In this document: positions 16,263 to 28,814 of the stretch, one piece after another | Numbering within the stretch: the first letter of the stretch is position 1 | Layout of the letters: each line of letters begins with the position of its first letter | Notes under the pieces: model-generated | Seen by the model: the letters and a program-made list of their open reading frames with translations, nothing else | What the model was told of the DNA's origin: nothing | Database searches by the model: none | From: Octopus vulgaris | Lineage: Eukaryota | Direction: 5' to 3' | Length of the DNA: 64,000 nt | Assembly: GCA_951406725.2 (NCBI GenBank) | Contig: OX597815.1 | Coordinates: forward strand, 93,434,001-93,498,000 | Position numbers and translations under genes: made by a program

Positions 16263-17222
16263 AATATGCATCTGCAAAACTTCACCTACACACAGACTGA
16301 TACACTTTTATGGAGATGGATTAGAGCACAAAGTAACATACATGCGCACACAAACATCAGAATAACACACGTTGAAGAAAGCAAAAGCCAACAACATAAA
16401 ATAAAGAATGAGCAGAGACAAATAAATATTAATGTCTGCAGATGAGTTAGAAGAAAGATGATAGGTAAAGTTATCAACAGAATATAGAGAAATAGCTAGA
16501 AAGATAGTGTCATCATAAAGAATGAAGGGATAATGAATCCTTTAGGTTTTATGAAATCAAGAAGGAAGCTTTTTAGTAATTCTGCTTAATGAGTTATCTG
16601 AAGAATAACGATTTCAAACTTTCATTCATGCACAAGTTGCATGGTTTGCAGTTTCTGTTAAAAGAGTTCATACTACACAGTACATAGATTGCATGATATG
16701 AATGAGTTTTTCAGATCTTAGATGAAGTCAGCTAAAGAAGTTTGATGTGACCTACTGAGGTGCAGAAAAGAGTAAAAGTGAGAATTGTATCCAAATTTAA
16801 AAGAATTATAGGTCATGCCAATGTAGGCTTTTGACAAAGTGTTGATATTGACTATACACTTGTTAATGTCCTTAGCTAAAAAGTTATCACTGAACAGACT
16901 GTTGGTGTCAGTGAAATTGCAAGATTTGGTGATAGTATGCTCACTTGAGACTGTGGTTGTGGTGATTAGAAGAGGTTAGATTCTGACTGAAGTTACAGAT
17001 ACATGATGTTATGTTAAATATTTTACAGTACATACATTGTGAAGAAAAGTATTTTCTAAATAAAAGAGGCAGTTTCAGCTGAGAAGAATAGCTACATTAA
17101 TATTGTATGGAAATGTGAACTGAGTGTTTGTGGTCTAAGTGTGGGTTTCTAATTCAAGGATAGCTAAATATTTAGATTGATAGAAGACCTGTGCATACAT
17201 ACAATTATATCTTTGTATGTAT

Positions 17223-17223
<1 letters not shown>

Positions 17224-17255
<32 letters not shown>

Positions 17256-17500
17256 GTTTAACGTCCGTTTTCCGCGCTAGCACGGGTTGGACGGTTCGAC
17301 CGGGGTCTGGGAAGCCAGGGGCCGCTTCAGGCTCCAGTCTGATTCTGGCAGAGTTTCTATGGCTGGATGCCCTTCCTAACGCCAACCACTCCGTGAGTGT
17401 ATTGGGTGCTTTTTACGTGCCACCTGCACAGGGGCCGGGGGGTCCGGCATCGGTCACGATCGGTTCGAGCTTTTAACGTGCCAGGGACACGGGGGCAACG
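17224..17500 (-). mobile_element. RTE-type 3' end with (GAT)n tail, CpG-rich young copy
   Basis: (CAT)n followed by GTTTAACGTCCGTTTTCCGCGCTAGCACGGGTTGGAC..GGATGCCCTTCCTAACGCCAACCACTCC on the plus strand. Confidence 0.85.
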
Positions 17501-18002
17501 GGATGCAGGGTAGAGTTGAGTTGGGGGGGGGTCCAGCTGAGAAAGGTTTCACCAGTGAAAAGAGAGGGAGAGATAGTAAAGGGGTGCAGGTAATATAGGG
17601 GAGCACCAGTGGGGAAGGTTGGGGGAGGAGGAACGATGGCAGGAAGGGTTGGTGAAGGTTCGTAAGAAATATAAACGTAGGATGTGTATATATATATATA
17701 TGGGTAGGTGTGGGGAAGGTTGGGGGGGTAAGGAGGAACGATGGCAGGAAGGGTTGGTGCAGGTTCGTAAGAAATAAAAACGTAGGATATTACGAGGCAT
17801 GGAGGGGACTGGAAGGAGATAGTAGGATTGAGGCAGTGTCAGATTCAAAACAGGAGGAAGCGTAAGATCAGAGGGCGGTTGATGAGCTGAGACGCTAGCA
17901 GCTTGTCTTTTCTCAGTGAAAGCATATGAGGAGAAGGGGTAGGAAGGGGTGGTGGGGGAGGAGGAGGGAGTATCCGGTGTAGATGGTGAGAACAGTGTTC
18001 AC

Positions 18003-18235
18003 CGGTATTGGTGGTATTGGTGGTGGTATTGGTGGTGGGGGTGGTATTGGCGGTGGTATTGGTGGTGGGGGTGGGGGTGGGGGTGGTATTGGTGGTGGGG
18101 GTGGTATTGGTGGTTGGGGTGGTATTGGTGGTTGGGGTGGTATTGTTGGTGGGGGTGGTATTGTTGGTGGGGGTGGGGGTGGTATTGGTGGTGGGGGTGG
18201 GGGTGGTATTGTTGGTGGGGGTGGGAGGGCGGGTG
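18003..18235. repeat. G-rich (GGT/GGG/ATT)n low-complexity repeat
   Basis: Direct inspection. It produces poly-Gly, poly-Pro and similar ORFs in several frames. Confidence 0.9.
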
Positions 18236-18677
18236 CACCGCGCAATGGGAGAAGATGAGATTTTTAGGCGGCAGAAAGAAAGACAGGATTTGAGATGGAA
18301 TGCTTTGCGATCGTGTGCATAAGTTTCTATGAGTGGAAGTTGGGAAAAGATGGGTTAGAGAATTAAGCGACAGAAAGAAAGACCAAATTTGAGACGAGAT
18401 GTTTTTGCGAAGTTTTTGTGAATGAAAGTTTATATGCTTCAGCTAGCATTTGAGACGAAAGACAACGATAACGCCAATATATGGGGAAACAATAATAATA
18501 AGAAGGCTTGATGGTGATGATGATACTTGCAAAAACAATGAAAAGAAGGAACAGGACTTAGCTGATATTTTTCATCCTGCGTATTGGCTAAGCCTGTGGA
18601 AGCGAGTGAAGGCGAGATATATATACAGAGAGAGAGAGAGACAGTGATAACAGAGAGAGAAACCGACACCACATAGC

Positions 18678-18715
<38 letters not shown>

Positions 18716-19195
18716 GAGAGAGAGACATAGTGATAACAGAGGGACAAAACGACACCGCGCAATGGGAGAAGATGAGATTTTTTAGGCGGCAGAAAGAAAG
18801 ACAGGATTTGAGATGGAATGCTTTGCGATCGTGTGCATAAGTTTCTATGAGTGGAAGTTGGGAAAAGATGGGTTAGAGAATTAAGCGACAGAAAGAAAGA
18901 CCAAATTTGAGACGAGATGTTTTTGCGAAGTTTTTGTGAATGAAAGTTTATATGCTTCAGCTAGCATTTGAGACGAAAGACAACGATAACGCCAATATAT
19001 GGGGAAACAATAATAATAAGAAGGCTTGATGGTGATGATGATACTTGCAAAAACAATGAAAAGAAGGAACAGGACTTAGCTGATATTTTTCATCCTGCGT
19101 ATTGGCTAAGCCTGTGGAAGCGAGTGAAGGCGAGATATATATACAGAGAGAGAGAGAGACAGTGATAACAGAGAGAGAAACCGACACCACATAGC

Positions 19196-19231
<36 letters not shown>

Positions 19232-19283
19232 GAGAGAGACATAGTGATAACAGAGGGACAAAACGACACCGCGCAATGGGAGA
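18236..19283. repeat. Near-identical tandem duplication of a 514-517 bp unit plus a 17-bp third start
   Basis: CACCGCGCAATGGGAGA at 18236, 18753 and 19267. The ORF track has identical ORFs at 18450 and 18968. Confidence 0.95.
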
Positions 19284-20059
19284 GTACTTATATATATGTA
19301 GGGTAAATATGTATGTGCATATGTATGAAAGGTGTATATATATATATATATATGTTTGTAAGTATGTGTATGTATCATCTGTGCATATGTACTTTTGTTT
19401 GTATGCATTATGTATTTGCATGATTATGTGTACTATCTCCTCAGAGTGCTTGGTGTTTGTGTGTATATATGTTGGCATGCTGGGTGTAGTTATTTTTATT
19501 TGTATTTTGTTCTTGTTTTTTTGTTTTCCTGATAACCTATGAGATACCATTGCTCCAAGACTTTGTGATTTCAGAAAACCCAATTAGCCTCACGAGTACA
19601 GCATTTGTCAACCCCGCCATTAACAACTCATAACCATAAAAACGTCACTTCATCACCATCTGTACACCTAACAACCAGCCAACACCACCATCACTACCAC
19701 TACGCACTATGATCATTAATATTACCATCACTAGCATCAACACACCACATGTTTTTTTCCTTATCAATAATACTACCATCACCATCACATACCTTCCCCT
19801 GTCATCCTACCTACCATCTTAGTCCTATTGGTCACGCTATCCTTCTACTCATTAGTCTATTTTCTACCTATCTCTATACAAGGAACTATATCAAAATATT
19901 AATTAGTTCCTGCCATATTTTCAAACTAAAACAAAGGGTATTTTGTCAGACATACTGATACTCAGACTTAGCCAAAGCATGTTCTGATGAACAGGTAACT
20001 CCAATGCTTATCTACACACTGCTCCCTTTTGGCATATATACTAACCAACCACTTATACA

Positions 20060-21160
20060 CCATAATTATTCTACCAAGAATATTTCTAATCCTAAGAAAG
20101 TATACCACAAATACTTGATGCAGAAAATGATAGATTTTAATCAAAAGATTCAGGTGGAAAATACACTATGAGATTAAACTGATGGAGAAATCCAACTTGA
20201 GCAAACATATTGGATTAGAGTCATAACTGGCTTGTAAACAAACTACTGATCCCATTTGAGGAGAACCTCCTTCAAGTTGTTAAAAAAAATGAAGTTCAAG
20301 AACTCCAGCATTTCTTTCTAGAAACTTTCAGCTTAAAAAAGAATCAAACTTCATTATCTTGGATAAGACTAAAAACCTTAACAAAACTGACAAACATTCT
20401 TACTGTAAGTTTATAGCAACCACTATCACTAAGGTCTACAAAAACAAAGAATGAACAAGAATACTTGAAAGAACATCTATCAATAAGGTAAAAAAAATGT
20501 TATCACTTCCAGATCAGTACACATGTCAGAAATGAGTATTCAAATCATTCCCTGAGCTTTTTTTTTTTCCTTCACTTTTAAGAACCACAAGAATAGTTTC
20601 AACTGCAAACTTTCAATTAGATTTATTAACCAACAAAAACCACATAAGTAAAATTAGTTAAGACTTACTAGGCAGGATTCTTCTAAAACTCAAGACAGAA
20701 CCACTTTTACCATTTTGGAATAACATATCATAAGTCATTGGATAGTTAGAAAACATACCAGTAAGTACAGAAGCAAGTTCTTCCAGTTTGGTATTAAGAG
20801 CTACTACACTTCCATTACCAGCCCTCTACTTCTCAAAGCATTAGATTTTGCCAAAGTCATTACATTCATCTCTGAGGAAAAAACAGACATCATCCTATCT
20901 GCCAAGCTTTTGTCAATGACTCTCTCTGGATAAATAAGTATTACTCCAGCACACTCTTTAACATTAGTGCTAGTGACCTAACTAAGGTTAGTGACCACTT
21001 TATCTCTTGCACACCATCAAGCAGACATTCCAAAATGGTGGGGGTGGCTTGTGCCAAGATAAGAGCCTTCTTACACAATTTTTTCAAGAATTGATGTCTA
21101 CAAATTACTGTAGAGCACAGCCTCATTCGAACCGCTTTTTTTCCCCCCAACAAAATCATC
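20060..21160 (+). pseudogene. Degenerate Penelope-like element (PLE) reverse transcriptase remnant
   Basis: Manual translation across frameshifts gives YSTKNISNP, KRFRWKIHY, ILDKTKNL, ITKVYK, FTFKNHKNSF..IRFIN, FWNN and FFQFGIKSYYTSITSPLLLKALDFAK. This is the motif order I recall for invertebrate PLE RTs (TLKDHK..RLINP, FDI..FYPSI..KALDFA). Confidence 0.65.
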
Positions 21161-21762
21161 TGTTTCCCCCTCTATATTCTTTATATTTTCCCCTATAACA
21201 AATTCACTTACTTATTTGTTTTATTCTTGCTTTTCATTTATTGTTGCTTTAATTTATCTATGCTCTCCAAACTCTAAATTGGATTTTGCTTACTTTTTTT
21301 TCTTGGCAGAAGCTAAGCTCATAATGACTATATTCCTTTATCAAGACATAAGGCTTCGTTTTATTCAACTTCAATTAACACATTTATTATGTTTATATAT
21401 ATTTACAACAATCAATCCAACAGATTCCATTGATTCTGAAACTGCGACAACCTCCTCTCCAATCAGCTTTAAATGTATATTGGCTTATTTGTCAACTGAT
21501 TTGCAATGTAGTATTTAAACTATTATATTGTTTCTATGTTTCAATCTGGTTCAAGATCAGCTGTATAAAATTCAAGGTAACAGTTGGTGAGGTTTTTAAG
21601 TTTCGATAAAACTATATTAAATTCCGGAGATGTACTCGCATAGCAAGTAATTTGATCTGAGATCGTGTGCTGAAACGAAAACAATTGCAGCGTGGAAGGT
21701 GTTTATAAGCCATTTAAGAAACACACAAAAGCCGTTCGATTCACTTCAACATTTAAGTTTAA

Positions 21763-21812
21763 TTTGTCAAAATATTTTCGTCGCTAAAATCCGCGACCTG
21801 TTCACTGACAAA
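21763..21812 (-). ncRNA. Candidate minimal type I hammerhead ribozyme with G3-C8 core variant
   Basis: Minus strand TTTGTCA-GTGAACA-G-GTCGC-GGATTTTA-GCGAC-GAA-AATATT-T-TGACAAA: 7-bp stem I, 5-bp stem II and palindromic stem III. Confidence 0.5.
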
Positions 21813-22899
21813 AATCCGTGCTGCATTAAATTCTAACTTTAGTATTTGAGTACTATTTTCTTCATCTTGTTTTGCACTTGTGTGATTGCACGTGCACATA
21901 CACACACAGCTCAGGTGTACAAAAAACAAAAAACTGAAGACAGAGACAGGTGAAGGAACAATAAACATGGTATATTCATTTGACACCCAGGGAAAGTGGA
22001 AAAGATTTCGACATTTTGATTCTATGCTTTTCAACAGAAAGGAATGAGGAAAGAAAACAGAGAGAAAGAAAAAAGAATGTCTGGATTAACGATTTCACAT
22101 GTTGAATTGAATGGAAGGAAGTGGTCAAGAATGAATGGACAGACAGACACATGTGTTGGTATGCGTTGTGTATCCTTATCATTTTAACATCTACTTCTCT
22201 GTGCAAGCATGGGCCCAACAAGAGAACATTGGAGTAGAGTTTTTTTTTTTGTAGCTAGAGGCTGTTCCTATTGCCAACGCCCACTTATATCCAAGTAGAG
22301 TAAGAATCTCACTATCTATCAAACAGCAAACAGTCCAAGCATGCTTACATGAAGAGCTAGAAACAAATAACTCTATTAGCAAAGCCGCTGTTTACAATCA
22401 GCAAGCAAGCGGAGATGTAAATAAGGGAAATACAAAGTCAGTTATGCACACACATATATACATTACATATTCACTGCATCCAACTCAATGTCCACCTTTA
22501 ATCATCTGTCACACTAATTCCACTCTAGTGCACTTACCAACCAACCAACCAACCCACTATTTTTATACTTTCCTCTTTCTGTCTCTCATATTCACCTTGT
22601 ACCTTAACCTTACATCTCTCTCTTTCTCTCTAAATAGGGAAACCATATACCCACCTCTTCGGCAAGGCACTTGCTCCTGTCCTTCTTACACACTTTCATA
22701 TTGCTCAATACTGTAACCCACCCATTTAAGGGATCTTGTTTTGCAGGTAGCTGGTGACGTCATCATATTGATTCCACAAAAAGAGCACCCAATAAGGTAT
22801 GTGAAGCGGGTGACATTAAGAAGGGCAAAGCAGACACTGGAGCTCAGCACAGCCCTCCACCTCATTAGTTCCATAGCAGAATGGAAAAAGGGAAGTTAA

Positions 22900-22976
<77 letters not shown>

Positions 22977-23142
22977 AACTGATTTGAGAGAAAAACTTGG
23001 TATATGTACCATCAGATGTAATGTGCAAGAGAAAAGACTGCACTGATATGGCCATGTAATGCATATGAATGAAGACAGTTGCATCAAGAGGTGCCGATCA
23101 CTAATTGTGGAGGGAACATGTGGGATGAAGTGATGAGAAAGG

Positions 23143-23656
23143 ATTGTTTGCCAACATAACATGGCAGTCCTGGTCTAGGACGAATGTTGCTGTAATTTAG
23201 CCCCAGGAGACATCGTCTCCAGCTGGCTATACGACACGATCTGTGTCCTTATATTTTTGAACAAGGGAATCCAGCACCCTCACTCAGCTCAAAACAATAT
23301 CTCCTGGGGCTAAATTACAGCAACATTCATCCTAAACCAGGACTGCCATGTTATGTTGGCAAACAATCTTTACTACAAAGTACTGTTGCTGAATATCTCA
23401 CCTTGTGAGATTTAAAGATAGTAATTTTCTAATTTATAGATCAGTGACTTGTTGTCACTTTAAAAACTATATATTTCAAATGGGAATTTGGCAGTGCAAC
23501 CTCTAGCCAAACAATTATTCTGTGCTGATGAAGGCAAATAACCTGGAAATCGCGATACACAGATATTGTTTTGAGCTGAGTGGGGGTGCTAAATTACAGC
23601 AACAAAGTACTGTTGCTGAATATCTCACGCAGTAAGATTTAAAAATAGTAATTTTC
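23143..23656. mobile_element. 514-bp PLE-type insertion with inverted repeats and a 17-bp TSD
   Basis: TGAAGTGATGAGAAAGG at 23126-23142 and 23657-23673. Internal inverted repeat of about 68 bp (23142-23210 vs 23300-23368) and an internal direct repeat CAAAGTACTGTTGCTGAATATCTCAC. Contains a hammerhead motif. Confidence 0.8.
23519..23563 (+). ncRNA. Minimal type I hammerhead ribozyme, PLE-type
   Basis: TCTGTG-CTGATGA-AGGCAAATAACCTG-GAA-ATCGCGAT-A-CACAGA: 6-bp stem I, canonical core, palindromic stem III and an AUA cleavage triplet. Confidence 0.7.
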
Positions 23657-24407
23657 TGAAGTGATGAGAAAGGGTCTACAAATGTTGGGACTCACAGAGG
23701 ACCAAGACTCCTGGCAGTTTGCTGCGCCTGAAAAGGGACATCAAGCTGAGAAAAAGTGTGGTTGCTCTTGCATACAGGCTTGTCCCTTGCAACCCTCTCC
23801 AACCAAGCATCCCTAATCTTGTAGGCTCATAAGTGCTGGTGCCACGTAAAAGGCAGCCATACTGATGCTGTGTAAAAGTACTCTGTAAAGTGGTTGGCAT
23901 TAGGAAGGGCATCCAGCCATAGTAACCATGCCAAAATAAGACATGGGCCCTGAACAGCCCTTCAGTTCCTGTCAAGCTGTCCAACCCATGTCAGCATAGG
24001 AAACACATTAAATGATGATGATCATCGTCATATAATTGACAGGCTTTCTTTAGTTTCCATCTAACAAATTCATTCATATTCTTGTATAGCCTGGGGCTAT
24101 ACAAGAAGGCACTTAGCCAAGATGCCATGCCTGAGCCATGTGTGTCTGTAAGTAAGTGAGTGCATATATACATTGTATGTCTATATCTTAACTTGTAAGT
24201 GTGTGTATGCCACTCTATTTCTTGTTAAATATTTTATCAACTTTATAATGTAGATACTATAATATTGATACACATGTCACTTGCTTTTTTTTTACTCCTC
24301 TCCTGATTGCTATTCTTCCTATGACATGTACCTATATCTACTTATGAATGAAGCTACGGGTGTATAAATTTATTTATAAATATGTGGGTATGTGAATGGG
24401 TGAGTGC

Positions 24408-24460
<53 letters not shown>

Positions 24461-24799
24461 GTATGTATAATGCTATTTATGACTAATTTTTTTTGTGCAT
24501 GTTTCTCTAGCATAATTTTCTTTTGCATTCAAGTGAGCTAATTTAGACAATTTTTCTATTAATATGCATCTTTGAAAAGAATTTTTCTAAAAAAATATTT
24601 CTAAAATAATTCTGTATTTTCATTATATTTACAGATTATATGTAATTTCTACTCTAGTCTGATCAGTGCCATTACAAGAAACTCTAAGCCTTTGAGTTAC
24701 TTATAATAAACTTTACAGCTTATAAAATGTGTGTACATGTGTACACACACATGCACTTTAACTTCTTTCCACACTTCATCAAAAGTCATTACTCTCTTT

Positions 24800-25040
24800 C
24801 TCAAATTCTCTTTTCAGCCTTGTAAGTTACAAAATGACCTCGTTAGTTTTGGTGCATGAAAAAAACACTCTATAAAATGGTTAGCATAAGGAAGAACATT
24901 CACCCATAGAAATTATACTAAAACTGAAAGATAGGAAGTAAGGCATTGTCCTCCAACCCATCAAATCCTATCAAACCATCTAACTCATAGCAGTATAGAA
25001 AGCAGACTTAAAATGATGATGATGATGATGATGATGATCA
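24800..25040 (+). mobile_element. Old RTE-type 3' end with (GAT)n tail
   Basis: Degenerate GGTTAGCATAAGGAAGAACATTCA..AGCAGACTTAAATGATGATGAT. Confidence 0.6.
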
Positions 25041-26713
25041 CATACATGCAAGGTTCTACTTAGTGTTTGAAACTTAACTAAAATTACTTATGCAGTAGTA
25101 ATTTAAAAGTAAATTACAATCATCTAATCTCGCAAAAGGCTACATACATATACAACAGTGAAATATTTGAATCTTCATCATCATATTCAGCTGATCAGGA
25201 ATAGGTGAACGTTGACTTTTGCTTACATCATTTTATGAATAAACATTAAAAAACATCTCATACTACAACATTACTTTCTCAAATAATCTGCTTCTAAAGA
25301 TTATTACAGCAGGCTGATTCACTTAATATGCAAAATCACTCAACCATGAAATGAAATTGGGTGTCTATTTGCTTCTAGGTCAATAGTTCTGTGCTAGCCA
25401 ATAGTACATCCACTTCTTCCTCACAACTCAAGTTTTTAAATATCTAACACCCAAATATAGAAGACATAACTGTCACATGTCTCAGTAGCCTGTGACGATA
25501 ACATAGCTAGGCAAGTCTACACTTCCTGATGCTAATTACCAAATGCTACTAAATTTGGTTTATCCCAAATTCAAGTAGAATTATTAACTATTAAACATTC
25601 TGTTATAATTAGTAAAGCAGTGAGTTATACGAATTACTTCCTCAACAAAACAAAGAGTAATCACACATGACAGTCTTGATAAGCTCCAACTACATATATG
25701 TTCTATTAAAATAAATATTACCAATCTATCTTATATCATCCCATTTCATATTTCTTCAGTCTTTCCTTTTGTATGAACTGTATTTTCACACCACCATGTG
25801 AGTAAGTGAAATGTGAGAGACTGTATGAACACACTACTGCAAGAGTGAGTGAATCAATGAGTGTATGAAAATTGCTTGTTTGCAAGAAATTCATTATAAC
25901 ATATAACCTGGAATAGCTACTTAACATTGAATTTATCCATCTTTAATATATTATTTAGTCTTGGTATTCAATATTCACTTTCTGTGATAGTGATATAAAA
26001 TTCTTAATTAGTACATCTACTACTACTTATCATTTTGTTGTCTACTTTTCCATGCTTGCACAGATCAACCAAAACAATGTAGGAGCAGAGTTTTCTATGG
26101 GTGGATGCCCTTCCTGATGCCAACTCATTTCCAAGCAAGATAATAATCCCCTAGTCTAAAAATCAATGGACAAGTTTGACATAGCTTCTCAGTGGATTAC
26201 AAGAAAATAGCAATATGAATAGTGAATGCTTTGTTTAAAAGCAGCAAACACATGGAAAACAATACTGATAAATATATAGGCATATATTACAAAATTTATT
26301 TTAGGTTTGAGCTTAAACTTGTTTTTTAAAAAATAAAAGCTCCTACTGTAGTCATTCATTTGGTGCCAAACTAGATTTGATTAAGCAGGGATACAATAAA
26401 AGAAACTGCAGCTATTGTTAGATGAGCTGGATATTATTTGTATCATTTTATCAGTGTTTCTCTCATTGATTCATTGCTGTTTTAACTGTTGTTTTATTTT
26501 TTAGCCTTAAGTCAACTCTGATCAAACTTATCTGTGATGAAAGCATTCCAGTCATGACCATCCCCTCTTTCTGCCAGTCATTGAGTGCAGTATACCAAGA
26601 ACCACATTATCCAGAGTGACTTTCTTTCTCTGATGATAGGGAAATGGCCTTGTGAGTGGATTTGGTAGAAGGAAACTGATCACAAGTTCTAACTCTTATA
26701 TCTATGTAGATCT

Positions 26714-26761
<48 letters not shown>

Positions 26762-27084
26762 CATTGTCATCATCATCACTTTAACACTCAATTTTCCATG
26801 TTTGAATGAAGTTTGCTAGGACAGATTTTCTACAGCCAGGTACCCTTTCTGTCACCAACCTTCACCTGTCTCCAAGCAAGGTAATATTTCCCCACGGCCA
26901 GACATGTTTTCACAGAACACTGAAAATGAATGACATTCATTTATAACAGGGGTGGGGAAACGTTTTAGTCTGGCAGGCAAAAATTTACAAAAAAAAAAGG
27001 TCCATGGGCGAATTACAAGTTCTAATTCTTATATCTATGTAGATCTTGTATATATCTATGTATAATTTGATATTCTCTTACTCT

Positions 27085-27276
27085 CTCTTTTACTTGTTTC
27101 AGTCATTTGACTGCGGCCATGCTGGAGCACTGCCTTAGTCGAGCAAATCGACCCCAGGACTTATTGCTTGTAAGCCTAGTACTTATTCTATCAATCTCTT
27201 TTGCCGAACTGCTAAGTTATGGGGACCTAAACACACCAGCATTGGTTGTCAAGCGATGTTGGGAGGACAAACACAA

Positions 27277-27323
<47 letters not shown>

Positions 27324-27476
27324 TACGACGGGCTTCTTTCAGTTTCCGTCTACCAAATCCACTCACAAGGCTTTGGTCGGCCCGAGGCTATAGTAGAAGA
27401 CACTTGCCCAAGGTGCCACGCAGTGGGACTGACCCCGGAACCACGTGGTTCATAAGCAAGCTACTTACCACACAGC
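27085..27476 (-). mobile_element. Abundant tRNA-derived SINE with internal microsatellite
   Basis: Reverse complement of the 43316-43730 copy over about 390 bp. Confidence 0.88.
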
Positions 27477-27959
27477 ACATTAATAAAGATAAGTTTAAAA
27501 CATTAAATTAATATGTAACATCTTCATTAACGCTGCCACTGAATTTAAGACATTTATATTACTTATGAGGTTTCTATATTTTTCAGCTAGAGTGTAGTTG
27601 GGTCTCAAGTGGGTGGTACAAACCTAGTAATATGTGTTTTATAGTGTAAACAATATTTCCATTCAAATGGCAATTACCAGACAAGCTTCTGTTCAAGTCT
27701 CACTGTTTTAAGTCGTAGTGGAAATGTGACCTATGCCGCAAATAGGCATAGGGATATTGTATAAATTCCATAATTGAAAAATTTACTATATTTTGCACAT
27801 GCAAGTATATCAGCATATGGGCAAAACAAAATGGGCTTGCGGATGCAATTGCACCCGTGGGCGGAGGTTTCCTCACCCCTAATTTACAACAATCACAAAT
27901 GTTAAGACAAGAAGACAGATATACACATACATACATAACTGTGGCCTATGTAGTGTCGC

Positions 27960-28345
27960 ATAACCAGTCCATTTTACATGCTGGTGGCATGTAAAAAGTA
28001 CCATTCAAGTATGGTTGTTGCCAGTCCCACTGGACTGACACCCATGTCGGTGACATGTAACAAGCACCATACAAACGTGGTTGACTCCCATGCAAGTGAC
28101 ACATAAAAAGCACTATTTGAGCATGGTCAATGTCAGTACCACCTGACTGACCCATGCCAGTGGCACGTAAAAAGTACCTACTACACTCTCAGAGTGGTTG
28201 GTGTTAGGAAGAGCATCCAGCTGTAGAAACCTTGCCAGATCAGATGGGAGCCTGGTGCAGCCTCCTGGCTTGCCAGTCCTCAGTCAAACTGTCCAACCTA
28301 TGCCAGCATGGAAAGCAGATGTTAAACGATGATGATGATGATGAT
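27960..28345 (+). mobile_element. RTE 3' UTR with tandem TGGCACGTAAAAAG-type units and (GAT)n tail
   Basis: Ends CCAACCTATGCCAGCATGGAAAGCAGATGTTAAACGATGATGAT. Confidence 0.8.
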
Positions 28346-28349
28346 ATAC

Positions 28350-28600
28350 ATCTACCACCATCATCATGATCATTGCTCTAATGTCCACTTTTCCATTCTC
28401 ATATGAGTTGAACAGAATTTTGTTATGGCAGATTTCCTATGATTGGATGCCTTTTCTGTCACTAACCATTACCTGTTTCCAAGTGAGGTAATATCTCCCC
28501 ATGACCAGACATTTTCATGGAAGATTGAAAATGAAGCACACAACTTGCATGAGGGTGACACTTGCTTACAACTATCACACATGCCATGGCAAGAGGGCAG
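28350..28600 (-). mobile_element. Old RTE-tail-related repeat, tail-to-tail with the previous element
   Basis: (CAT)n..AATGTCCACTTTTCCAT..GGATGCCTTTTCTGTCACTAACC. Related copies lie near 4835-5000, 26020-26150 and 26760-26945. Confidence 0.6.
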
Positions 28601-28814
28601 TAATATGTGCGGGCACACACACAAATGCGTGTGCATGTGCATATGTATGCATATGTGTGTGTGGGTATAAATTTATGAGCTACTGATTCAAAACCAGTTT
28701 GATAAGTGCCAATACACAAAACTCCTAGCCCTTGCATCACTCTGTAATGCCTGCCAATTATTAATTAAAAAAACATATATATACTAATGCTTTGAGCTTT
28801 ATTTTCCTATTTGC

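Larger units (their letters stand above)
22985..24025 (+). mobile_element. RTE LINE 3' fragment interrupted by a PLE-derived insert
   Basis: LREKLG and WYGHV-type coding remnant, then a 3' UTR ending CCAACCCATGTCAGCATAGG..TAAATGATGATGAT. Confidence 0.75.

Noticed and set aside
17913-18322. Poly-Pro, poly-Gly, poly-Trp and poly-Val ORFs
   Set aside because: All frames are open only because of a stop-free trinucleotide-type repeat. There is no splice or homology support.
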